Assembly: GCA_013239625.1 (NCBI GenBank)
Contig: MU053487.1
Coordinates: 1,819,058-1,883,057 of the forward strand
DNA: 64,000 nt
DNA from: Lama guanicoe
Lineage: Eukaryota
Direction: 5' to 3'
Below, one piece after another: positions 26,314 through 39,785 of this stretch (positions are counted from its first letter, which is position 1; each line of letters opens with the position of its first letter). Made by a program: the position numbers and the translations under genes. Under the pieces are notes generated by a model. The model saw only the letters and a list, made by a program, of their open reading frames with translations, was not told the DNA's origin and ran no database searches.

Positions 26314-26520
26314 TTTTTAGCAATGAAGTACTTTATAATTAAGTTATGTACATTGTTTTTTTAGACACAATGCTATTGCATACTTACTAGGCTACTGTAC
26401 AGTGTAAACATAACTTTTATATGCATGAGAAACAAAAAAAATTGTGACGTGCTCTATTGCAATGTTCACTTTATTGCTGTGGTCTGGAGTGGAACTCTCA
26501 ATACTTCCAAAGCACGCCTC
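26314..26520 (+). mobile_element. Tigger1 3' fragment
   Basis: agtgtaaacataacttttatatgca...cactttattgctgtggtctgga matches the recalled Tigger1 3' end. Confidence 0.8.
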
Positions 26521-26554
26521 CACACCACATGTGCACACATGCGCATGCACACAC

Positions 26555-27010
26555 ATATACAATGGAATATTACTGATCTACAATAAAGAAAGAAATCCTG
26601 CTATTTGCAACAACAAGGGCAAATCTTGAGGGCATTATACCAAGTGAAATAAGTCAGACAGATAAAGACAAACACTGTACGATATCACTTATGTATGGAA
26701 TATAAACACAGTGGCTGCCAGGGGCTGAGGAGATGTTAAAGGGTATAAACTTTCAGTTATAAGATGAATAAGTGCCAAGGATCTAAGATACATCATAGTG
26801 ACTGTAGTTAATAACACTACTGTATATTGGAAAGTTGCTCTGAGAGTAGAGTTCTAATGTTCTTATTGTAACAACAACAAAAAAATGATAATTATGTGAG
26901 GGGAAGATGTGTTAATTAACCTTACTGTGGTATCAAATCATCACACAGTACAACTGAAATTTACACAGTGTTATATGTCAATTATACCTCAATAGAGCTT
27001 GGAAAAAATT
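26555..27010 (+). mobile_element. LINE-1 3' end (L1MA-like)
   Basis: acaatggaatattact...aagtgaaataagtcagacaga...ttcagttataagatgaataag...atatgtcaattatacctcaata. Confidence 0.85.
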
Positions 27011-27019
27011 AATTCCTCA

Positions 27020-27520
27020 ACAGACTTTCAGACTCTACGTGAACAAATCGCTGGCTACTACCCTGAAATTCTCATGAAACTCTCCTCTTTATTTTCTAAA
27101 TTCTATCTTCTGTGGCTTCTCTCTGTTCTGCAAACATGCCAAGCTACCTTACGCCCTGGATATTAGCATCTCTGACTTCACAGACACTCCTTCCCTAGAA
27201 TTTTCTGAGAGATTCTTTCCAATCTTTCCAGTCAGAGCCCAATTATCTTCTCCAAGGAACTTCCTGGCCATCTAGTCTCAAGTAGCCTCCCTTATACCTA
27301 CTCATTCTATTTTTCCTTTCTGCTAGCATTTGTCACTACTGTCAACCACAGTACATAGGTATTTGCTTGGCTATACGTTTATCATTTCTTGTTCTTTCTC
27401 CTTAGAATGTAATCCCTTACTGGCAGAAGATCGATCATTTTTATATTCCCTGATACATTCTCCCTTCTTAAAAAGAGCCTCTAGGTGTAATCAATGTTTG
27501 TTAAGTGAATGAGTGAGTGA
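27020..27520 (+). mobile_element. LINE-2 3' end
   Basis: Pyrimidine-rich body ending caatgtttgttaagtgaatgagtgagtg, the L2 tail. Confidence 0.7.
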
Positions 27521-30499
27521 GTGTCTCTCATTTCTATTCAGCTGTAAGCCTACTGAAATATAGGACTTGCTTTATTCATCTACAGTGCCTGCTGTAAAAC
27601 AGATTCTCTATATTGAGTTTCTGCTTAATCATTACACTGATACTTGCCATTCTTGAATACTGCATGAAACTATGCCAATAATTTAAGTGGAATAAAAGTA
27701 AACTCAGACTGCAAAAGGCTCGCTGTGAATTGGTTGTTCAGTCTGATCAGTTCATCCATACCAAATCAGTGTGACTCTTCCCCCAGGCGTAATTTTGGGA
27801 AGAATCTTCTAAGCCTCTGTTTTTGTTCCTTACCTCCTGACTCCTTCGCCTTTCTTGTCTCTTTTCTCTCTCATTCCCTTTTCTGGGTAACGTACAAAGT
27901 GGGGTGTCAGGGACAGCTGGATCCCTGCAGCGCTCACCGGGCACTCGGGCATCACAGGCGTGCTCTCCATCCCCGGGCAGGTTATGTTTATTATCTCTAC
28001 ATAAAAGCAACGTCGGTGCCAGTGTAGTGTCTTAGGGGACTTCAAGTGATCAAAGCTTTCTTCCTTACACTAGGAGGCCTTCTGTATTTAAATAAGATGA
28101 AGAGGAAGGTGAGAGCAGGGGACTTGCATGTTCCCCAGCTGGCACGTCACCTTCCTGCTCCTCAAGTGGGGCTCCTGGTGGTGGGATCACAGTATCCACA
28201 CAGGGAGACCCCAAGGAGCCAGAAACGTGAATGGGAGCTGACAGTTCATACACACCGGCAGACAGCTACAAAATGCGACTTGACATTAAAAGCAGTTTAG
28301 AAGTCAGTTTCTCCTTCACTGGAGACAGAATGTTCCAGTCTATTTCTGTGAGTCAGATGCTGTTTGAAATATTTATCTGTGGAGAGAAATATACTTTCAT
28401 AAAAATCCTGACTCTAGACATGTGTTTTCTATCATTCAGCACAATCTAATGTAATTCCTCAGAAAATCTGGGGCCGGCCCATGTGGCCTCACCAGCTTAC
28501 CTCCTTCCTTCCTTCATGAGACATTCACACGGCATATTTTGCCTTTACTGAACTCACCAGACACTTTCATTCTCTCCACTGAAAGGACACGTGCTCTGTG
28601 AAATCGTGACCCACCCTGAGCTGTTAAGGACAATGATATTCCCATAGCCTGTTTGGACATTCCTCTCTCCAGTAGACGCTGGGACCATGACCGCATCTCC
28701 ACTGTATCTGCAGAACCTAGAACCGCGGCTAGCTAGGTTTATTTACTGAAAAACATTCAAAATAAGTTTAGGCGCATGCCGAGTTCGCCGTTTCCTAAGT
28801 TGGTCGTTGTATTGTAACGCCAAGAAACGATTTCCCTCACAAACCAAGTGCTGAGCACGGAAACACCAGAAGCTGACAGTTTCCTCACCTACGAGACTGC
28901 ATCCTCTTAAGAGCGGGGCATTGGGTCTGAATTTGTTCTCTGTGCCGGCAGCTACAGAAACATCTGATGCAGAAGAGGCACTCAGTAAATACTGGTTGGA
29001 AATACAGATATAAATACAGCATTAAAAGAGGAACCATTAGTATAAAATTGACTCAGAACAGATGACTTCCAAAAATCACAGTCTAATAAGTTCATACTGT
29101 ATTTGTAAAGTAGAAAGAGAAGGAAGAATTACTTCAGGTTAAGATTCCTCCCCCTCGCCCCCAAAATTGTTGAGCTATGATGATGCTACAAATAGAAGGG
29201 AAAAAATCAGTGTTCAATGATGAACTGAAGCTACTAAAATTAGTTAAAAAATTTCAACCTCAAGTTAAGCAGTTCTTGGGAACAGTATTTGCTTTCATTC
29301 CCTAAGAGACTGAATACTTGCTGAATATCCTTGTACTACTTTTCCTCTACTCTCAATTTCTGCAGCAGAAACTTTTAGACTGGATTCAGGCTTTTGATGT
29401 GTTGTTATTACTAGCCCTCTAGTATAACCCGACTTAGCACGAGGCAAACCAGGGCTAGAGGTAATGAACTGAGGGTCATTTTCGAGCAGGAGTCAGTCTC
29501 AAAGAAGTGGTAACACTTCCTCAGGATTCCTAGAGGAGATTCCTTTAATTTAAGCAAATCATCCATAATCGTATTTCCATTCTCCCATTTAAAGTTTCAT
29601 TTTTAAGCTCTTGCTGAGAAGGATCCACAACATCAAATGGACTTAAATGTTTTAGCCATAAATTTCAGGAATTTAAGTTCAAATGTAGCTATTTCAGGAA
29701 GGAGGGAGAAGACAGAATCAGCTGAGAACATCCACTTGCAGGCACACAGGAACCGCTAAGCCAGGAGCGTAGTACTCATGAGAGCCCGGGTACAGGGAAG
29801 GATCAAGGACCAGAGACGGGAAAGGAAAGCATGATGGAAGAAACGGCAAAGATGCAATGTCAAAGACCTGGTGTACCGTTAAATTTTATTTTGTATTTTA
29901 AACTAAGAATGAAGAAATGTGTGCCAAAACACTGAGAGGTTCGCATTCCCTCCTTTAAACTTCTAAATGTGGAATTTTGGAAACTGCTAGAGAAAACTGC
30001 ACGATGTCATTCTGGTTCTGAATCCTGGGGTCCAGAGGCACCAAGATCACACAGCTGAATGAAAAGTAGGCAACACTATAACGTGAATATAGCTGGAATC
30101 GGCTTCATTGGATACGTTACTGCACAGGTAACCTAGAGGTGATGTGAGGGAATCACCAGCCTAAGACTGGAAAGATGGTTAGCCTTACGGATATTTGCCT
30201 TCATTCTGGGTTAGAATTTTTTGCAGTTAAAAATCTTATACCCAGGTTCTCCCAACTATTCTTCTTGCCTAGAGGTAATCATAGAATGACTGATGTTTTA
30301 AACATCTTTGAAGGAGAGGTGTTCAAGTTAGTTATACTACAGGGCCCTAATGTCCTACTGTTCAAACAACCACCTTTTTATTCCTTGGTTATCTAAGTTA
30401 TTACAGTAGTATGCCTGACTGCTAAAACATTTTGTAGGAAAAAATGCCTCCCTCTTTGGGGGAAAATACACCAAGTCATTAGAGATTAAAATCCCATGA

Positions 30500-31500
30500 A
30501 TCTTTAATCAAAAATAATAAAATCAAAGCTACCAACAAGTTGACAGGGGAAAAGCAATGGAATAAGTTTATATTTTAATTATCAGGAACAAAAAATATTT
30601 TAAAGAAGATCAGGAACATCTGAGATCTATGCATAAAACATAAGATATGTGGTGCTTTGTGAGATAACATTATACAAAGTTTTTGAAAAATAGTACAGTA
30701 GACCTAAATAAAAGGAAAAATACTATGCTCAAGGATTTGAAGACAAACTAGAGATGTCAGTGCTCTCAAAATTTACCCAAGATTTAATCTAATGCCAATA
30801 GAAAAGCCAATAGATACTAAGAGAACTTGACAATCTGAATCAAAAATATATATGAGAAAGCCAAAGGCCAAAAAAAGAAAAATACTGTAGGAAAACAAGA
30901 CAGGGAAAAAGACAAAGATTTATTAACAAGGTAGACTAGGTTTAAAGGCTATTGATCAAAATAGCATGATTTTGGCTTAGCAGTAAAACAACAGGCCAAC
31001 CAAAGGAACAGAGTAGAAACTTAGTTTTTGTTAACCCTGGTACTGAGGACGAGTGGGGAGAAGACGGGTTACTCAGTGAATAATGCTCCATACATCAGTT
31101 GTACACATGCGAGAAAATGAAATTCCAATTCCTATTTTTTCAAAATTAAATGTGCAGGGCAAAACTAAAACACATTTAGGAAAAATATGAATTATATTTA
31201 ACACACAAGAGTAGAGAAGCAGTCCTTACAGAAAACAGACTAATACTCAAATCTGACTATATTAAAATGAGTAACATCCATTTCTGAGAAACTACCATAA
31301 AGAAAACGAGGACATGTCACATACTGTTTGTGCCATATTCAACAAAAATAATATTCTTACCTAACATAGTTAGAGTCTCCATATGAAAGACACAAGAAAT
31401 ACAGTAAAAAAAAATGGATTAATGACTTTAATAGATGCTTTACAGAAGAAGAAATGCAAATGAATTTCCTGAGTTGTCCAAAAGTAATTAAAACAAGAAT
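30500..31500 (+). mobile_element. Decayed old LINE-1 ORF2 3' region
   Basis: A-rich, with remnants such as gacctaaataaaaggaaaaatactatgctcaaggattt and tttacagaagaagaaatgcaaatg. Confidence 0.7.
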
Positions 31501-31574
31501 TTTCAGTCATTTTTGATGTGTAGTCCCTCAAGGCACCCTACAGGAGCAGATACCAAGTTCCCTATTGAAAAATC

Positions 31575-31765
31575 TAACTATATTCAGTATCTTGTAATAG
31601 TCTATAGTGAAAAACAGGGAAAGGAGTGTGTGTATGTATATATATATACATACACACATATACCTAATACTTATTATATACATGTATAACTGAATGATTA
31701 CGCTGTACACCAGAAATTAGCACACTGTACGTTGACTATACTTTAATTTAAATAAATAAATACAA
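31575..31765 (+). mobile_element. Short LINE-1 3' end (cetartiodactyl type)
   Basis: aactatattcagtatcttgtaata...gctgtacaccagaaatt...gactatactttaat with an (AAAT)n tail. Confidence 0.85.
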
Positions 31766-32689
31766 ACATTTAATCCAAGTAAAGAGCTTATCTTTTCTCA
31801 AGAAAGGAAGAAAGAAAAAGTCACACTACTCCAGGCCTCAAAGAATTCTCATGCATACAGTAACAGCTCACAGGAGGCGGGGAGAACAAATAACAAATAC
31901 ATAAAAACAAGGCACGTAAGAGAGTCATCAGAAATAACGGACATCACAATCAGAGCCTAAAAATTGCAGATACTGACTGGAATCATCTAAACCCCAAAAT
32001 AAAATGTTTAGTCTTTTTTCAAGACTTGAAATTATAAATAAGGAGCATAGACATGTCGGAAGTTTTTTTAAATACAGTACTTAGAAATAAAAAAAAAGAG
32101 ATAAAACTGAAATAAAACACTGAATGTACAGAAAATGTAATCTGAGATGGAAAGTGTCAGACGCGAGGTGGGGGAGGGAAAGCAAAGGAAGTCGTACATA
32201 TGGATGTATATGATGAGTGATCAAACAAGAGTAATTACTGTTGAAGTATTTTCACAAAGGGGTGAGGAAAATAATTTATTTTATAAGTATGCATGCTAAG
32301 ATGCGAGACTTTCCCACTAAAATAGAAAAAGCATATGATTTATAAGTCATCAAAGAAAAGTTAGAGTAAGAAAAACATGAAATCATTCTAAAGAGAGAAA
32401 AAGAAATGTCTATTAAAAGACAGCTATTGACAGAATGTCCATGAAATGTCCATGAAAACCTGCAAAGCACTGGTATTCCTGCAGAGCACGTTAGTGATAC
32501 GAGCACTTCAGGTGTTCTATTAAAAACAGCCTAGGGCTCAAGTGAGCTGGAGTTGTGCATGCAGTTCTCCCGATCGCTCTTCCTCAAGTCCTAATGATAA
32601 AGGACAAGTACAAACAGGATAAAATCAATTAGAGGAAAACAAGTGCACTAGCTAATAAAGAAAACAGAGTTCAAGAGAGTAGTTATTTA

Positions 32690-32910
32690 TTTTTAATGGT
32701 GAGCCAAATCTCCTGAGTTCAAACTTTGTTGACTGCTTCGCATCTTAGCAGCCTCAAGCCAACTTCTTAGTGCCTGATTTTCATCATGTGTGAAGTTTCT
32801 GTATCTATGGTACCTAGCTCCTGTTTTGATAAGTCAATATTTGTTTATGGATGGTGTGCTTATAATAGCTACTTGCCTAAAGTCAGCACTCAATAAATGC
32901 TAGCTCTTGT
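32690..32910 (+). mobile_element. MIR SINE
   Basis: gagccaaatctcctgagttcaaa...gcactcaataaatgctagct. Confidence 0.65.
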
Positions 32911-33384
32911 CATGGTTCATAGTCACATACTATTTTCAATACAAAAGTGGCCATTTGAGGCTCTGCCTACAGTTTGACCTAAATTTCAGATGTGTGTTTT
33001 ATGTGTAGCCTGTTCTTCTTTTAAAGTCACTCATATAACAGCTGTAATCCCATCTGTTAGAAGACAAACAAGAAAAAGAAATTTAGCTGGTAAACAGAAT
33101 ACAAATGATTTATTTATTATGACTATTGATACACATAGTTGAGTTTATGCGTTTCTTCAATGTTATAAAGCCAGCTTTGAGCTGGATATTCTGGTAAGAT
33201 GTGGTAACATTATAATTAAGTTATTGCTTTCCAGGTAACAAATGTTCTTTCTTTGTTTTCGTTTGCCTAAAATATCTGGACATTTCTTTTTCAACCTTCA
33301 GCTCAGTTTCCAGTAAAATATCTGAATTTAAAAACACATATAAAATGATTTTCAAAGGTTATTCAAGAGGTAGCTGTTTTATCT

Positions 33385-34850
33385 AATGTACAAAATCCAA
33401 AACAGAGTCAAGGAAAATGAAGAAACAGGAATATATTCCAAACAAAAGAACAAGATAAAACCCCTGACAAAGGCCTGAAGTAAATGGCATAAGCGATTTA
33501 CCTAATAAAGAGCTCAAAATAATGGCCAAGTTCAGAAAAATTATGCATGAACAAAGTGAGAATTTCAACAGAGAGAAAACATAAGAAAGGACCAAACAGA
33601 AATTACAAAGCTGAAGAATACAACAACTGTTTTGAACAAAAAATCAATACAAGAGTTTAACAGCTGGTGAGATGAAATGGAAAAAAGGATCAGCAAACTT
33701 TAAGACAGGGCAGCAGAATTCATGCAGAGGAGCATAATGAAAGGAATGACAACTGCTTAAGGGACTTAAGGGATGACATCAAGTCAACCAACATTCACAT
33801 TTCTCCTCTGAGAAAGAGGAGAGAGAGAAAGGGACTGAACATTTATTTGAAGAAATAATGGCTGAAAACTTCTCTAACTTGGAGAAATAAACAGATGTTC
33901 AGACTCAGGAAGCACAGTTAAAAACAAAACAAAACAAAAAGATGGATCCAAAAAGACACACACTAAGACACATTATAACTAAGCTGTCAAATTTCAAGAC
34001 AAGAAGAGACTCCTAAGAGCAGCAAGAGGAAAACAACTTGTTACATAAAAGGGAACCCCATAGGAGTATGGGCAGATTTTTCACCAGAAACTCTGAATAT
34101 ATGGGGCCACTCCCTTCTGGCCTGCAATGTGCTGAAAGGAAAAAAAACTGCCAACCAATAATATGCCACTAGCAAAGTTGTCCTTCAAAACTGAAGGAAA
34201 GGTAAAGAGTTATCCAGACAAACAAAAGCTGAAGAGCTCATTACTACCAGACTGGCCTTGTGAGAAATGCTAACAGCACTTCCTTAAGCTGTAACAAAAA
34301 GGGTGCTGAAGGGAAAACCTATGAAAGTATAAATCTTACTGGTAAATATTTATTTAAATTCAGAAAAATCTAATGCAAATGTGGTGGGTTAATCACTTCT
34401 AAATCTACTGTGAAGGTTAAAAACCAGAAGTAGTAAAAGTAACTAACTATATTAAGTGGTTAAAGGATTTTTTCCAAGATAAAAAGATGCAAATTGTGAC
34501 ATTAAAAACATGTGAGGTAGGGAAAATGTGGAGCTCTAGAATGCATTAGGATTTAAGCTGTCAGTTTAAAATACTGTAATAACACTAAGAATTTTATGTA
34601 CGCCTCATGGTAACCAGAAAGCAAAAAACTACAGGAGGCACATAAAAGATAGAGAGAGAGGACTCTAAGAACACCACTACAGAAAATCAAGTGACGAAGA
34701 GAGCAAGAGAAGGAACAAAGGAATTACAGAATACCCAGAAAACATTAGTAAGTTCATACTTATCAATAATTGCTTTAAATGTAAATGGACTAAATTTTCC
34801 AATCAAAAGAGGGAGTGGTTAAGTGAATTAAAAAGCAAAACTTAACTACA
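33385..34850 (+). mobile_element. Old LINE-1 ORF1 through start of ORF2
   Basis: tttgaagaaataatggctgaaaacttctctaa (ORF1 FEEIMAENF), gcagatttttcaccagaaact, and ttaaatgtaaatggactaaat (ORF2 start, LNVNGLN). Confidence 0.85.
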
Positions 34851-35098
34851 GTCTACTTGTGTAGGCTTTCCTGTCTCAAGCACATTTATTTGCATTTATT
34901 GCCTGAGGTGCATTTAAGTTACACACTTATGTTTTAAGAGGGTGCTACAAAGTCATTGTCCTAAAAATCAATTATGTCATACAGTAGTTTAATGCCTTTT
35001 GAGACAATATTAGATTTAGTAACAACTTTTGAAACAATGATTTAAAAAAAATCATCTGATGATTTATTTATGGGGACTCAGGTCCACTGTTGCATATA

Positions 35099-35294
35099 CA
35101 GCTGATCCTTGAATAAGGGTTTGTATGGGTCCACTTATACATTGTTTTTTTTTTCAATAAATACAGTACTGCTTGACACGTGGTTGGCTAAAATCTGCAT
35201 GGATGGAAAAACATGGATACAGAGGGACAAATGAAAGCCAGACACTGAGCAGGAGACAGCGCTCCTAACCCTCACACTGTTCGAAGGCCAGCTA
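35099..35294. mobile_element. Tigger2a/MER8-like DNA transposon
   Basis: TA followed by cagctgatccttgaa...gggtccacttatac, with terminal ttcgaaggccagct as the inverted repeat. Confidence 0.75.
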
Positions 35295-35779
35295 TGTTAT
35301 CATTATGCAGAATCCAGTTAATACTTAATTGCTTTGCATTCAAAACCTGAAAAATTGTACCCCTTTGTATGCATTGGGAATTCTTTTAAAGCATATCATG
35401 AAGCTAGATTTACCTTCCCAGGGGGGAGATTCATTCACTCATCATGTGTTCTAGACTTTATAGAACAAGTCCCTGTGTTAAAGAGAATGAAAAAAAAAAA
35501 GCTACACTTGTCCTTTCAGCTAAGAATGGGGGTGCGATTTAGTTTCCATCAGTTAGAAATGCTTGCTCTAACATGACTTTGAAATTAAATAAGAAGACTA
35601 GCATAGGTGTCCATTTTGCAGGTACTCGTTTCCATGGGAACATCCAGACCCAGAAGACTACAAATTCTGTTGTAATTTCTGGTAACCCACATAACAAATA
35701 AGGTGACAGGTTTCTAAAACCAGTGATTCTAGTAACAGCTTTGTCTTCCCCAGATTTTAACCAAGGTGTGTTCCTACAA

Positions 35780-36027
35780 ACTGGCACGGTTGCTTTGTGA
35801 GTCCCAGCTCTCTGTCTAAGGTGAAGGAAGCAGTTCCGCTGTTACTTGCTTTTAGGAGCCAGTGTGTTGGGTTGTTCTGGGAGTCATCCCTAGAGACGTA
35901 GCCTGGAGACTGCTCCCCTGGCTTTTCCAACAATTTTGTAAACCTCTAATTCTATGAATTATTTTTCATATCTGCTTAAACTACCAAGGGTGTTTCTTTT
36001 CTCTACAACTGATCTCTGACTAATGTA
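35780..36027 (+). mobile_element. ERV-L/MLT-type LTR 3' part
   Basis: Ends ctctgactaatgta (recalled consensus ctgactaataca) and is followed by tttggcacca, typical of a class III ERV LTR-internal junction. Confidence 0.55.
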
Positions 36028-36084
36028 ATATTTGGCACCAGAATTAACTGCAGACAAGAATGGCATCCTTCATGTGCTTATTGA

Positions 36085-36378
36085 AGGCACCCAATGTTGT
36101 GGACCAGTTAGATCCGGAGATGGGATCTTGGAGAATAAGGGTAGGTGAAATCTTAATCATGAGTGGACACCAATGACTGCTGTTGTTGTAGAAACATATC
36201 TTTACTGAAGTAAATCAACATGGCGCTGGTACCTGACGTGTAACTACAGATTGATAAAATGCTTTCTCTCTCTCTTCTCTATACTGACAAGCAGAAAATA
36301 GCAGTAGTATTCTGGAGAAATCAGTCTACTTTACTGTCTTGCCTCAATGATATATCAACTGCCAGATTCTCATAATTT
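36085..36378 (+). mobile_element. ERV-L pol (reverse transcriptase) fossil
   Basis: Colinear frameshifted motifs GSWRI (36123-36137), LNH, IN..GT, NAF, FTVLPQ*YIN (36330-36359) and HNL match ERV-L RT DGSWRMT...FTVLPQGYINS..HNL. Confidence 0.85.
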
Positions 36379-36690
36379 GCTAAGTGAAATAAGCCAGACA
36401 CAAAAGGACAAATATTGTATGATTCCATTTACATAAAACATCTGGAATAGGAACACTCAGAGACAGAATACACATAAGAGGTTTCTAGGATCAGGGAGGA
36501 GGGCAAATGGAGTTACTGCTTAATGGGTTCAGAGTTTCTGTTGGGGGTGATGGAAAACTTTTGGAAATAGATAGTGGTGATGGTTGCACAACACTGTGAA
36601 TGTAATTAATGTCACTGAATTACAGACTTCAAGATGGTTTAAATGGAAAATTTATGTTATATATACTTTAACACAGTAAAAAATTTTTAA
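36379..36690 (+). mobile_element. LINE-1 3' end (L1MB-like)
   Basis: gctaagtgaaataagccagacacaaaaggacaaatattgtatgattcc...tggaaatagatagtggtgatggttgcacaacactgtgaatgta. Confidence 0.9.
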
Positions 36691-39615
36691 GAAATTGAAG
36701 TCCATCTGCTGGCTGTGGGGTGCAGTCCACATTAATGCCTAGCAGCCTTCCATACACAAATGAGATGCTCTCATATTCTTCAAACTCTGCTTGTTAGAGC
36801 CTGGGTAAGGTGGTTCTCCCTCAGAGGTCATCTGGTAATTTCTGGCTGTTGACAGTGTTCCTTGGACATACATACTGCTTCTCACTGGTTATTGTAAGCA
36901 TCAGTTGCTCTGGAATCTAAGAGGTTTCTCCTTCCTCAGTTTCCTATCAAATGCTGCATTTTCTTTCTATATTCTACAAATTTGATTGTTTGGTTTCAAG
37001 AAAGTAGGTAAATTAAACCCAGCAGACTATCTGACATGCTTGAGCTTTAAGACAGCTGAGGAACAAGTGGTCTGAAATCCACAGCCCTTTCAATTAACTC
37101 GGTGGACTCACTTGGATCTAATTCTAAGAAAACTCATTTAGTGGCCATCAAGCTGTCAATCAGAGACCCTTGAGTGAAGAGATGGGAGAGCAATAGGATT
37201 AAAGTAAAGCAATTACATTTGCCAAGTAGAAGACTTCAGCTCATGAAAAGAAACAGCAACAAGTGTTACACAGATCAGCTGAGGCTTGTGTTTATGTCAA
37301 TATTTTTCATCTATAGCTCTTCTGGAAAAATTCATAAAGATTCTTTTTTTTTTCACTCTTATGATCAAATAAGTCCCTACATAATCTGTCTGCTATTTGG
37401 AGTCTACACTATTTTCATTTATGATGGGGTGGAAGAGTCTAAAGTTTCTGGTGTACACATTTAGCTTTTTTTTGGGTGCACACTATTTTTGAAACACACA
37501 CATCTCCCATTCCTCATCTATTACAGTCCTTACACATTAAAACACCTAAAGATGCAAGGCAGGCAGCAGGAGACATGTGTAACATGTAAATTAAAACAAA
37601 AATGAGACTTTGTTGTGCTGTATTGGTTACATGGGGGTATTCTGTTCTAAAAAATTAACTGTACACTTAAGATATTTATTTTTTCTTAGGGCTCTTATAT
37701 TTCAACAAGGTAAAAAGGTCTGGAAAGGAAGAGCAGTAGAACAGTATTTAAAAAGAGAGATGCCAATTTATGCCCTTACAGGTTGACAAACATTATGTAA
37801 CTGAGATGAACCAGATACTATCAGGGACGTAAGGAGAGGCAATACCTCTTACACACCTTGTGGGGAGATAAACTGGTACCACGATCCTGGGGAAAAATAT
37901 CTGGCACTGTTCAGTGTGGAGCTGAGGATGCTCAAAGTCTAGGACACAATTCCACTCCTGGAAATATACCAAGACACTCACATTCTGGCCCATAGGGGAA
38001 GGTGTATAAGGTGATCAGTTATCAATAACAGGTCTTTGAATCTGATATTAAGAAACAATTAAATGAGACAGTGCTTGGGATAGTACCTTCCATACTGCGG
38101 ATCACATAATGCGTTACTTAATGGAAAACAAAACAAAATGAAACACAGAGGATGACGGGACACATCTGACTGGATTTAAGATGAAATGTGGAAAGAACTG
38201 AAGCTACCGAATTAAATTGCTTCATTAAGTCCATGTTCAGACGTAAATAAAATTTCCCCTTGACTTCCAGGCTTGTGGAGCAAAGTGGGGGACATATGAA
38301 AGCAAAAAACTACTACTGGCAGAAGACAAAGTGCATGAAAAAGATAATGAAGCCTGACACAATTCAGGTTTTTAAAGCGTCTCCGGAGCCATGGGAAACC
38401 TCAGAAAGTCATTCTGGGCAATATGGATGCTGATAGCTTGAAAAGCCACCAGGGCAGGCAAGGACTCGTGAAGTGACAAGACAAGCAAAGAAAGTATATT
38501 CAGCTGACAGTGAGTGGCAGAAGAGTAATGAAAAAACAAAGCCTTGAAGCTGGAGATAAATCAAAGAGGAATAGTCCAGGAAGAGGCAAATGGACCATAA
38601 AGAGGACGACACTGAGGTTCAGCACCCCTGCCCTGCCCAGGCCCATCAAAGGGTCTGCATCTAACTTTGTGTTCTTCATAAAGGTAACCTCCCCAAATTT
38701 TATAAGCCCAACACAGAAGCCCAAAGTGCCCCATTTGTTGTCTCCACTCAAGAGACATGCTCCGTGGTGGTTTGGTCCTGCTGATGTTAAGAGCAGAGGA
38801 ATTACAGGCATTCTCTGTCCAGTCGTGTCACCCCCAACGGCTGTATGGAGACATACAGAGAAAATGTGCCAGGGGTCAGCTAACACTCCCATAGTTTCTT
38901 CCCCTCACCCAAGTAAGCGCAAAATGAATGCTGTTAGGGGCTGCCAGAGAGTGAACTTAGAGCAGCAGCAGCCAGGGCAGCCAAGGAGAAGACAGTCTTT
39001 CACCCTGAGTCCCGCACCAGGGAAGGAGGGGATGAGGGGGGTGATGAGGGGTGCTACAGCCTCTCCGACATGTGTCGTTTACTGAATTAATTACACAGCC
39101 CAGCTTTCTCCTGTGTGCCCGCAAGTAAAATCTAAAAGAACCAGAACCTTTGAAGAGGACATCAATAGGTCACTAGCCAGATTCACATTTAATATCATGA
39201 GGACTGACTGCCTTTCTATGTGGGTTGTAAAAGGACCACTGACACCTGTGTAATTGCTATATTTGGGCCGAGATTTTCAGCATTCCACAGACCTGGGAAC
39301 CGGTATGGCCTCCCGTGAGGTCTGATTACTGTGCTCAGTTAGCTAAATAGATGTGTAATCTGTAACCGCCAGCATAAATTACCCATTTCACAGCCTGCTC
39401 CAGAGCATGAAAGAAATCGGGGAGAGACAAAGGTTCTCTTTCTGTAATTCCATGCACTGCGGGCAAGTGGATGAAACAGCTTATGTAGCTCTTTAATTAA
39501 CTGAGCTGACCCCGGAAAGGTAATACACAGCAAGTGTCCAGCCAATCCAGGCAAGTAGATGTGGAGGTGACCTCCGGACTGCAGCTCAACTTAACGGAAT
39601 TCACTGTCATTTAGA

Positions 39616-39785
39616 GCCCTGCTACCTTCTCACAGTGTGGGCCTGTGCCAGCCACACCCGCACCACCAGGGAGCTGGTCAGGATACAGATTCTTGGGCCC
39701 CACTCTTGAGCCGTTGAAGCAGAATCTACACTTAAACACCCCGAAATAATTCATAGGCACAATAAAGTTTGAGAAGAACTAGTTT
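39616..39785. mobile_element. hAT-Charlie MER5-like element
   Basis: ttctcacagtgtgg...cagattcttgggccccac...aaagtttgagaagaact. Confidence 0.75.

Noticed and set aside
29172..29233. C-box ATGATGA and D-box CTGA flanked by agct, snoRNA-like
   Set aside because: The C-to-D distance is only about 50 nt and there is no recognisable rRNA guide sequence.
38510..39085. 191-aa plus-strand ORF overlapped by a 130-aa antisense ORF
   Set aside because: GTG start, no recognisable homology and no splice support; chance-level length.
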